Below, piece by piece: positions 26,011 through 33,849 of a stretch of 64,000 nt of DNA. The stretch is taken from positions 615-64,614 of the forward strand of contig JAFYDR010000158.1 in NCBI GenBank assembly GCA_017544725.1. Reading direction: 5' to 3'. The position numbers and the translations under genes are program-made. The DNA is from Kiritimatiellia bacterium (GTDB lineage: Bacteria; Verrucomicrobiota; Kiritimatiellia; RFP12; UBA1067). Below the pieces are notes generated by a model. That model searched no databases, was not told where the DNA came from, and saw only the letters and a list, made by a program, of their open reading frames with translations. Position 1 is the stretch's first letter, and each line of letters starts with the position of its first letter.

Positions 26011-27216
26011 TCACTCTGGAATCCAACCTTTGCCTTTACAAGAGCGGCAAGTTACATCCCCTAATAAACAACGGGGACAGGTTTCGGAAACGCGACCTGT
26101 GCCATCACATACCTGACACTTGGTTTTCCGCTGAACCATTCGAAATCCATTGCCGCTGCACGTATCACACTTGACAGGAATACACCCGTTCACATCATGA
26201 TACATACTGCTTTGACATAACACATAACCGCTGCCGCCACACTGATTGCACGGCACGAACATCAAGAACCCATTCTGTTTCCCGTGCGTACCGTTGAACA
26301 TCCAGACGCATTCCGTGCAAGGGCATCTGACATACCAGTTTCCATCCAATGCCCCACGCATACACTGATTGGGACACCGGATTAGCCGGTTCCCCAAGGT
26401 GCAATCCGAACATGTCTCCGTCTCCGTTGTCTGGATGTATCCATGATCACACGCATCACACCGTACCGACTTCTTCCCGGATCCATGACATTCAGGACAG
26501 GTTACACGCCCCTCCCCCTTACAATCGCCGCATTTGCGAAGCCAATGTCCTTCCTCCTTGGCTGCTTTGCGGTCGCCATCCAACATGCCAGGTGTCCATA
26601 CGAGTTCCGAAAGGCCATCCGCGTCTTTGTCTTTTCGAGAATATCCGGGCATCGGCTGCCAATAATCAGTCGGATGCTTGGCGGTGCTGATGGAAACCCA
26701 GTGCGGATATTTCACGCTTTCTATTCCCGCACGCCACTCCGTGTTCGAGCCACCCGTCCAGACATATCCTTCTTCTTTCGGTTTCCACTGGCCTTCTTTC
26801 TTCGTTGAAACCAATCTCCTGTTCTGTGGATGCGTCATACCCGCTTTCCACTTGACACGTTCCGTCCCGCGTATCCACTCATACCCGACAGATGTACTGC
26901 GCCATGTGCCCTCCTCCGTAGCCGAGACCAATTTCCCGTTCCGGGGATGCGTCACGCCGACCTTCCATTCGGTGCGCTCCGTTCCGCGCACCCATTCATA
27001 CCCGGCAAGCGTACTGCGCCATGCGCCCTCCTCCGTATCCGCGACCAGATACTTGTTCTGTGGATGCGTCATACCAACCTTCCATTCGACCAGATCGGTA
27101 CCATCCCCCGCCCACACATATCCGGGCGGAAGTTGCGGACGTGTTTCCTGTCCGGCAAGCGCAGTCAAACACCACAACAATAAACAGATTCGCACAACCC
27201 CCAGTCTTCTCTTCAT
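26011..27216 (-). CDS. Secreted protein: 39-aa tandem repeats + array of DnaJ-type CxxCxGxG zinc fingers
   Basis: Signal MKRRLGVVRICLLLWCLTALAG (ATG 27216 after GGGAGGG; the track start is TTG 27222). Repeats have the form GY.W..G....EWK.G.THP.N..LV....EG.W. The C-terminal half has CGDCKGEGRVTCPECHGSGK, CNQCGGSGYVLC, CDTCSGNG, CQVCDGTGR, CRSCKGKG. Confidence 0.7.
   Translation of the reverse strand: MKRRLGVVRICLLLWCLTALAGQETRPQLPPGYVWAGDGTDLVEWKVGMTHPQNKYLVADTEEGAWRSTLAGYEWVRGTERTEWKVGVTHPRNGKLVSATEEGTWRSTSVGYEWIRGTERVKWKAGMTHPQNRRLVSTKKEGQWKPKEEGYVWTGGSNTEWRAGIESVKYPHWVSISTAKHPTDYWQPMPGYSRKDKDADGLSELVWTPGMLDGDRKAAKEEGHWLRKCGDCKGEGRVTCPECHGSGKKSVRCDACDHGYIQTTETETCSDCTLGNRLIRCPNQCMRGALDGNWYVRCPCTECVWMFNGTHGKQNGFLMFVPCNQCGGSGYVLCQSSMYHDVNGCIPVKCDTCSGNGFRMVQRKTKCQVCDGTGRVSETCPRCLLGDVTCRSCKGKGWIPE
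26770..27123. repeat. 117-bp (39-codon) tandem repeat x3 (plus degenerate 4th) inside the CDS
   Basis: Protein residues 34-72, 73-112 and 113-151 align column by column. Confidence 0.8.
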
Positions 27217-27370
27217 CACCAACCCTCCCTGTCTATCAACTTCTCCGCATTCCCGCTTCTAACTTTTCGCCCGACGGTGCCTACCACCGCCTTCATATCC
27301 ATTCTCGTGTACAACGCGGACCACAGATCAACTGGTTATCACCGTTACAACACATCCACGGTTGTCCCGC

Positions 27371-27982
27371 TCACCATCCGACGCGGAAAACCGGGATGAA
27401 TTCGACCTTGGCATCCGACTCGATGTTGATCAGTCCCAGCTGGACTCCACACAAGGATTTCGCACGGTTCATCACACCAATCTGAAGCCCTGTCATCTTC
27501 GTTGCCATGTTCACCAGTCCGATTTGCGCCCCGTTGTATTCACCCATCGATACGTTCGTGAGACCGGCAATCTGAAGGCCGTTGAAGTACTCCCCGTCCG
27601 ACGCATTTGCAAAACCGGAAATCTGAATCCCGTTTCCTCTTTTGGAAATCTCATTCCCACCTCCCGCGATTTGCCACACGCCCGCAGTCGCATCTTCCGC
27701 GATATTCACAAGCCCTCCAATCTGGAATCCGCCCACGCTCGCATCGGAATTACAGAGCGCGGACGTGGCGATTCCGTAAAGCTCTTGGTGTCCACCTGCA
27801 AAACATCCCAATCGGTATCCGTAAATCGAGAAGGTACGCCCCGGCAACTGAAGATCTATATCCTTGGCCGCATCTTTCGCGGGTTTCGCACTTCCCGACC
27901 AGGAAAAGGCGAAAACCGATGTCCGCGCATGGACGGAACCAACCAATAAGAAAAACAGCAGCAAACAACCTATCCTTCGCAT
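27371..27982 (-). CDS. Secreted protein made of G-[LVI]-Q-[IL]-[AG]-G-x-x-N short repeats
   Basis: Signal MRRIGCLLLFFLLVGSVHA. Recurrent GFQIGGLVNIA, VWQIAGGGNE, GIQISGFANA, GLQIAGLTNV, GAQIGLVNMA, GLQIGVMNRA, GVQLGLINI. Confidence 0.6.
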   Translation of the reverse strand: MRRIGCLLLFFLLVGSVHARTSVFAFSWSGSAKPAKDAAKDIDLQLPGRTFSIYGYRLGCFAGGHQELYGIATSALCNSDASVGGFQIGGLVNIAEDATAGVWQIAGGGNEISKRGNGIQISGFANASDGEYFNGLQIAGLTNVSMGEYNGAQIGLVNMATKMTGLQIGVMNRAKSLCGVQLGLINIESDAKVEFIPVFRVGW

Positions 27983-27988
27983 AACCGA

Positions 27989-28777
27989 TTACTCCTTTCC
28001 CTTCAGCAGTGTGCACCGATATGCTTCATTTTCAGCAAATCCCCATTCCTGCTTGAACGGATGATCCTCCGGCAGGGAAAAGACAACCGAGACGAACGGC
28101 ATCCCCTCGATCTGCCTTCGCGTGAGCCGGATGGGTTCTCCCCGTCTGGACTTCACCTCAAGCTCCGGGCACGAGAGAACCGCATCTTCCAAAAACACAC
28201 TGGTCTCATTCAGTCGTCTGCTGTCTGTTTCCTCCCGACTCTCCCATTTCTTGTATTTGCAGAACCCCAAGATCGGAGAAAGGGCAAACGCGGATTTCCC
28301 GAACACCGAGTCCTTCTGATCCCGTGTGACATACGTGAACGGCTCCACCAACAATCCGTACACCGTCGGAAGGCCAGCATACACCACATTGTACCAGCAC
28401 GCGCCCAACGCATTTCCCACCGCCCTGGATTGTTCCCCCTGACACCCCATGACGCCGGGGAAAAAACCGATTGCCCACCAGTGACCATCCCGGCTCGTGA
28501 TGTCGGTTGAGGTATGGACCTCCTTCTCGAATGCGCCGGACAACCGAATCCGAATCTCCACGTCCCCGTTTTCCAGGCGCGTTGCAACGGGTACGATCTC
28601 GCCGTCACGCGCCGACACCCGAAGCCACTTCACCGAGGTTTCGCGTGGCGTCCCGTTGACACTTCTGCCCGAGTCCGTCTGCACGGCAACGCAACCCGCC
28701 CCCAGCAGGGCACACCCTGCAAGCCCCAGCAAAAAGCCCGCACCGGCTCTACCCCAGTTTCTCCGTTTCATTGACAT
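27989..28777 (-). CDS. Lipoprotein, unknown function
   Basis: MSMKRRNWGRAGAGFLLGLAGC carries the lipobox L-A-G-C. 262 aa with no recognisable domain. Confidence 0.55.
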   Translation of the reverse strand: MSMKRRNWGRAGAGFLLGLAGCALLGAGCVAVQTDSGRSVNGTPRETSVKWLRVSARDGEIVPVATRLENGDVEIRIRLSGAFEKEVHTSTDITSRDGHWWAIGFFPGVMGCQGEQSRAVGNALGACWYNVVYAGLPTVYGLLVEPFTYVTRDQKDSVFGKSAFALSPILGFCKYKKWESREETDSRRLNETSVFLEDAVLSCPELEVKSRRGEPIRLTRRQIEGMPFVSVVFSLPEDHPFKQEWGFAENEAYRCTLLKGKE

Positions 28778-28785
28778 AACCGTCT

Positions 28786-31473
28786 TTACTCCCTCTCGAT
28801 GATCCGTTCCTGCTTATTGATTCCCCGAACCAAGCCATGCAGACTGTAGTAAGACCGCACGGTTTTTCCGTTCTCCCTGCGAATGGCAAGGATTTTGTTC
28901 TTGTCACTACCCACATCCTTCTCTGGTATCACCAGATAAACGGAAGCGCATTTCGTCTCCGGGTCAATCTCCACGCATCTGTCGTTCCCCGTCGAGGATA
29001 ACGGCAGTCCGATATTCTCGTACATCTTCGCCCCGGACCGGATTCCATAGGCGACGATCTCGACAATGTAGGGAAGCTGACTCCGCACACTTTCCATGCC
29101 GGATTGGATCTCGCGAATCCGTTGGGCGTTCGCCGACGATGCGCCTTTTGCGGACGGCAGCGTTTTCGCCGTCTGCGAAAGGTTTTGCAGACATTCCTGC
29201 ACCGCGCGGACTTTCCTGTCCGCCCGCAATGTCTGTCCGGTTGCCTCGGCCTTTTTCTGCGCCTGCTTGAGCAGATTCTCGCAGACGTCCAGCCGCTCCT
29301 TCCACTCCTGCTCGATGCGTTTTCTCTCCTGCTCGGCACGGGCCTCTTCTTCCCTGCGCTTCGCGTCGAGCCGATCCTTGAGATTTTTCCGGAGCGAGGC
29401 AAGCACACGCGACTCCTCAGGCGTCGCAACCAGTTTCTCGGCTTGATTCGCCGCCCCGTCAAAGGCCGCCGCGTCCAGCGATTCGAGCGCCGTCTCCGCC
29501 ACCTCCATCAACTGCCGCAACCGAGCCTTCCTGGCAACCTCCGCGATCGCCTGTTTCAAGCGTTTGTCGGCCTCTCCGATCCGATGTTCACCGGAGGCGA
29601 TTTCCGCCTCCTGCATGGGAAACCGGTAATCAGGGGCGTTCAGCTGCCTGAAGTCCGGGTATTTCGCGTACTGGGAAAAATTCGTGTACACGGCAAACAC
29701 CGCGCGATAGTCCGCCAGCAGCTCTGACTGGATCGTTTTGATCGCGTTCGTAAACGCTACGCAATACCCATCCGCCTCTTTCATCGCCCGGCGCATCCTG
29801 TCCACCTGCAATCCGGAATCGCATAACCTCGCCCAAAGATCGTTTCGTATCGAGTTCTCTGGCGTGATGTGCAACATCGGGAAATTCCACAGTCCCTTAA
29901 CCCGCTTCCGCACTTCCTCCCAATCATTGGCGCGTTGCGTTTCCGGATACTGCAACAGCTGTTCGATCTCGCCGGCAAGACGCTGATTCTCCCGTTCACA
30001 GTACCGCGCCGCACCGCAATACGCGCCATACACCATGCCGGCTAGTAACAGAATCGCCGCTGCGCGTTTGAGAAAGGTGAAGAAACGTTGCCTCCGGTGT
30101 ACCTTTTCAGCCGCCAACTCGTCGCAAGCCGCCGAAACGCTCTGGCGCACCCACTCCATATAATCGATGCCCTCTCCGGTGTCCACGTTGAATCCGTAAA
30201 GCACCGGGGCGAATGTGGTTTCCGCCTCTTGAGCGACATTGTCGGCAAGCTGTATAAGCGTATTGTCATCGCGGATCCGGGATGTTGTCCCGGTTTTGAT
30301 GACTTTCAGTATCTGCCGCATCCAGACCTCATCCACCTTCAGCCGCCCCCTCCACTTATCATGGGCAGCCTTCACATCATCGTCCGCTATCGTCGCGTTA
30401 CGATAGAGGATCTGCGTACGAGACTGGTTCAAGTTCCCGGGGTTGCCGACATACGCGAGACACCCAACCCTGAACGAATCTGCCGCCGCAATAAATTCTC
30501 TCAGAACCTGAAGCCGTTCCGTTAACACCGAACGGATAGCGAGCTGACGCGCGAACTCGTTACGCAACCGGAGATACTCCAGATATCGATTTTTCAATTC
30601 GTATAGAGCATCTCCCTTCCCCGCCACGATCCCACCGACCGTGAGCAAGAAACCGAAAAGCCCGTCCGACTCGATTGACGGCGGCACCGCGTTCTCGGAA
30701 TTCAGCTCGTTTACCGCAGAGACGCAAATAATCGGGACCTTATGATTCTGAACCTGTTGCATGAGGCTTTGCGCACCGCGTTCGCAGAGATACAAGGTCG
30801 GGCCACCAGTATTCTCAATCGTTTCCCGGACCAGATGCGTCTGGGTGAGGACCAGCAGCGATTTTCGGGCAAGCTCCGCGTCTTTTCTCAACAGCCGCCA
30901 GAAGGTATCCACCGAGTCCTCGAAGTTCTTCCGGAGAGCCTTTCCGGTACTGCCATCCGGATATGCTGCGGCGTTGATAAACAGGCAGACGAGCGTCGCC
31001 TCCTTCACGGCTTGGCGGATTTCCTCGACGCGGAACTCCCCGGAACTGGACACCGATCCACTCGCTGAGAGCAACGCATCATCCGCCGCAGCACCCGCCC
31101 CTGAATAGGAAGCACTCTCGCCGCCAAAGTCCACCGCGAACGCCTTGCGAATCTGTTCGCCCGAACAGTCCATCGTCGCCAAGTCAAAGATCGGCCGCGC
31201 ACCCGTATAAACCGTCCAGTGGAGCTGGGTCATCTCGTCCTCTCGGGTGTTGGCGAGCCACTCCCTGTTGTTACAAAGCTCGCTGTACTTCCTGTTCACC
31301 AGCTTCCTGGTTTCGTCGCTCTGCGGTTCGAGACGGAAACCGAGCGGCGCAGCAGTACCGCCCTCCTCCAGCAGCATATACTTCATGCCCAAGACGGAAA
31401 GGAATACGGTCTTCCCGCTTCGCTGCACCCCCAGAATAAACACCTTCGGAACTTTCTGGTTTTCTGTCGTCAT
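28786..31473 (-). CDS. Membrane-anchored TRAFAC-like P-loop GTPase, paralog A (long coiled-coil C-terminal region)
   Basis: G1 GVQRSGKTVFLS, G3-like MDCSGEQ, G4-position LVLTQTHL, G5-like ICVSAVN, conserved ESDGLFGFLLTVGGIVAG. One mid-protein TM (AAAILLLAGMVYGAYCGAA), then a helical/coiled-coil tail. Confidence 0.7.
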   Translation of the reverse strand: MTTENQKVPKVFILGVQRSGKTVFLSVLGMKYMLLEEGGTAAPLGFRLEPQSDETRKLVNRKYSELCNNREWLANTREDEMTQLHWTVYTGARPIFDLATMDCSGEQIRKAFAVDFGGESASYSGAGAAADDALLSASGSVSSSGEFRVEEIRQAVKEATLVCLFINAAAYPDGSTGKALRKNFEDSVDTFWRLLRKDAELARKSLLVLTQTHLVRETIENTGGPTLYLCERGAQSLMQQVQNHKVPIICVSAVNELNSENAVPPSIESDGLFGFLLTVGGIVAGKGDALYELKNRYLEYLRLRNEFARQLAIRSVLTERLQVLREFIAAADSFRVGCLAYVGNPGNLNQSRTQILYRNATIADDDVKAAHDKWRGRLKVDEVWMRQILKVIKTGTTSRIRDDNTLIQLADNVAQEAETTFAPVLYGFNVDTGEGIDYMEWVRQSVSAACDELAAEKVHRRQRFFTFLKRAAAILLLAGMVYGAYCGAARYCERENQRLAGEIEQLLQYPETQRANDWEEVRKRVKGLWNFPMLHITPENSIRNDLWARLCDSGLQVDRMRRAMKEADGYCVAFTNAIKTIQSELLADYRAVFAVYTNFSQYAKYPDFRQLNAPDYRFPMQEAEIASGEHRIGEADKRLKQAIAEVARKARLRQLMEVAETALESLDAAAFDGAANQAEKLVATPEESRVLASLRKNLKDRLDAKRREEEARAEQERKRIEQEWKERLDVCENLLKQAQKKAEATGQTLRADRKVRAVQECLQNLSQTAKTLPSAKGASSANAQRIREIQSGMESVRSQLPYIVEIVAYGIRSGAKMYENIGLPLSSTGNDRCVEIDPETKCASVYLVIPEKDVGSDKNKILAIRRENGKTVRSYYSLHGLVRGINKQERIIERE

Positions 31474-31540
31474 ATTCCTCTCTCTTCCTTCGAACCAAAA
31501 ATCAAACTACTCCCTGAAAACCATTCCTACCTGACCCCAT

Positions 31541-33667
31541 TCACGAATCGGGAACGAGAACAACGCGGAAGCCTAGGTTGTGGTCACGGTGGCCCGGTCC
31601 ACCCCAGCTTCGGGATGCGGAACGGCAGAGGTCTGCGTCATGCTTCCAGCTCCCGCCACGAATCACGCGGTACGTTCCTTGGGATGGCCCGACCGGATCG
31701 GTCACGCTTCGGCTCGGATAGTCCCCGTACCAATCCGCGCACCACTCGCACACATTCCCGTGCATGTCGTACAGACCCCAGGCGTTGGATGCCTTCGTTC
31801 CCACCGGATGAGGTTCGTTTCCGCTGTTTCCGCCATACCACCCCATCCCATCCAGACTCCCCGTACCGCTGTAGGGAGTGTTCGTCCCCGCCCGGCAGGC
31901 ATATTCCCATTCCGCCTCCGTCGGCAGACGCATTCCGCAACCAGTCACCGCGTTCACCTTTTCGACGAACGCCTGACAGCTGAGCCAGGAAACATTCTGT
32001 TGGGGCAGCTGTTTCTCACCATCCGCAAATCCCTTGCTTTTCAAGTAGTCCAGCACCTTACCGAAAGTAGTCAGCTTTTCCGCTTCTTCCTCGGAAATCG
32101 TGGCTCCGAACTCCTCTTCAAACCCCATGACCAACTCAACAGCATCCAATGAATCCGCGCCCAGATCGGAAACAAACGAAGCGTTTCTGGTTACCTGACC
32201 GGCATCAACCCCCAGTTGCTCGATGACAACATCCCGGGCCTTCCGTTCCATCGTTCCGGCAGACGGATTTGTTTCCATCACACTGTCCCACTGTTCCCGC
32301 GTCACGGGAAACCGCCCCATCCAGAAACCCTTGGTCAACGTCACGCGATGCCGAACCTCCCGGCCGTCGCGACCGCTTTCGGACATTGGACTGCCCATCT
32401 CGAACGTACCGGGCGGACACCACCGGAACTCCATCTTCACCTGACCCGGTAGCACGATCTGCTTCGTCTCCCCCGCCCGCAAAACGGGGGGGGGCGGCAC
32501 CGACGGAGCATCACCATAAACGGATAGAAACATCTTCACGAGCGGCTTGGCGTCAAGTCCTACGCATTCGGCGTACAGACGGACAAAACCTTTCCCATAG
32601 ATGCTCGCTTGAACACGCCGATAATCATCGTTCTCCAAATCTTGGATGATTTGGGCAAGCAGTCCCGTCGCGGAGGCAACTTGAGCGACAGAGAGTTTTT
32701 TCGCTTCCCGCGCATTCCGCAGAATTTCGCCCAAAGTCGAATCGCCCGTCGGTTGGGAGACGTTTGCCGTCCCTTTCGCGGCGCACTCGGCACAACAGTT
32801 TGACGATGCCTCATAATGCCGCTTGCAGAGGTAGTCCCGGCCGCAGATACGACACTGAAAGGTCTCCGATTCCTCATTCCGAAACCCGCAGGAAGGACAT
32901 TTCACAATCCGAGGCGACACCGTAGTACGCCCCGCGACAAGCACCACGTGTCCCCAGTTGGCGGACATTTTGATTTCCGGCGTCTGGTTCAACCGAAGAC
33001 GGTTCTCGCGGGCAATCTCGCCCATCTTGCCGTACACCAGCTGGGCGAACGACTGGTCGAACGCCAGCTCACCCCCGTTCCGCCGACATCCGTCTATCAC
33101 GCGGTCCAGCGCCAGCGAAAAGACACCTCGCCGCTCCGAAGGCAACTCCAGCGCACACTCTCCGGGAGCGCATGAACGCATCACCGCCAACCCGCCGGAT
33201 CGCACGTTCTTCACATAGCTGTCCGCCGACGGGAGAAGGTCGCGCGTTTGTTCCGTGCCCCGCGTCGTGAACGGATTTGACTGGCACGCATCCAAGATGA
33301 ACATACGGTTGAACCCTGTTCGCTCCGTCTTGGCCTGAAGCATCCCGAATGGGATTCCCGCATAATTGAACTGGATGTTCTCATAGAAATCATCCCGGCA
33401 AAACAGCAGATGTTCGCCGCCCGGCGCGATGAACCCATGTCCCGCAAAGTAAAAAAGAAATTCGTCGCCCGCGCCAAGTCCTTCCGTCATCCTGACAAAT
33501 TCTTTCATCACCTGGTCACGGTTCGGATTCGTCAGCAGGCCAGCCTCGTAACCGATTGCACGAAACTGCGAGAGTATGAGCGCCGCGTCATTCGCCGCGC
33601 ACTGCAAATCATGGATGCTCCCGTCATCGTATTGGTCAACCCCTACGAAAAGTGCTTTCCGTTTCAT
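31541..33667 (-). CDS. Caspase-zinc ribbon-RodZ-like HTH-FGS protein with an acyl-carrier-protein module inserted in the FGS domain, paralog 2
   Basis: Start MKRKALFVGVDQYDD (ATG 33667; the track start is 33685). FYFAGHGF / ILDACQS. CPSCG...CRICG...CAEC. HTH LGEILRNAREAKKLSVAQVASATGLLAQIIQDLENDDY...GKGFVRLYAECVGLD. ACP-like VIEQLGVDAGQVTRNASFVSDLGADSLDAVELVMGFEEEFG lies between FGS motifs VTREQWDSVMETNPS and VSWLSCQAF. Confidence 0.85.
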   Translation of the reverse strand: MKRKALFVGVDQYDDGSIHDLQCAANDAALILSQFRAIGYEAGLLTNPNRDQVMKEFVRMTEGLGAGDEFLFYFAGHGFIAPGGEHLLFCRDDFYENIQFNYAGIPFGMLQAKTERTGFNRMFILDACQSNPFTTRGTEQTRDLLPSADSYVKNVRSGGLAVMRSCAPGECALELPSERRGVFSLALDRVIDGCRRNGGELAFDQSFAQLVYGKMGEIARENRLRLNQTPEIKMSANWGHVVLVAGRTTVSPRIVKCPSCGFRNEESETFQCRICGRDYLCKRHYEASSNCCAECAAKGTANVSQPTGDSTLGEILRNAREAKKLSVAQVASATGLLAQIIQDLENDDYRRVQASIYGKGFVRLYAECVGLDAKPLVKMFLSVYGDAPSVPPPPVLRAGETKQIVLPGQVKMEFRWCPPGTFEMGSPMSESGRDGREVRHRVTLTKGFWMGRFPVTREQWDSVMETNPSAGTMERKARDVVIEQLGVDAGQVTRNASFVSDLGADSLDAVELVMGFEEEFGATISEEEAEKLTTFGKVLDYLKSKGFADGEKQLPQQNVSWLSCQAFVEKVNAVTGCGMRLPTEAEWEYACRAGTNTPYSGTGSLDGMGWYGGNSGNEPHPVGTKASNAWGLYDMHGNVCEWCADWYGDYPSRSVTDPVGPSQGTYRVIRGGSWKHDADLCRSASRSWGGPGHRDHNLGFRVVLVPDS

Positions 33668-33700
33668 CGTCCCCTGACTCCTCAATTCCTTTGACGGAAA

Positions 33701-33729
33701 AGCATACTAAACTTTTGCATTTTCCGCAA
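33701..33729 (-). promoter_or_regulatory. Putative promoter TTGCGG-17-TATGCT in the conserved leader of paralog 2
   Basis: Minus-strand -35 at 33724-33729 and -10 at 33701-33706; GAGGAG RBS before the ATG at 33667. Confidence 0.35.
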
Positions 33730-33849
33730 AGAAAAACGGATGGGGAGGCAATAGCGGGAGGGGCGCGCTCCGTCGCGACCGCGTGAACTTATCTCACGCA
33801 GTGATTCGCTGAGGCCGCAGAGAGATGAGCCGCCTTCACGCCAGCTCGT

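Noticed and set aside
27989-28777. Bacterial gasdermin next to the caspases
   Set aside because: I looked for a ~250-300-aa cytosolic protein that could be a caspase substrate pore-former. The only candidate of that size is a lipoprotein with a Sec/lipobox signal and no resemblance I can recognise to gasdermin N-domains.
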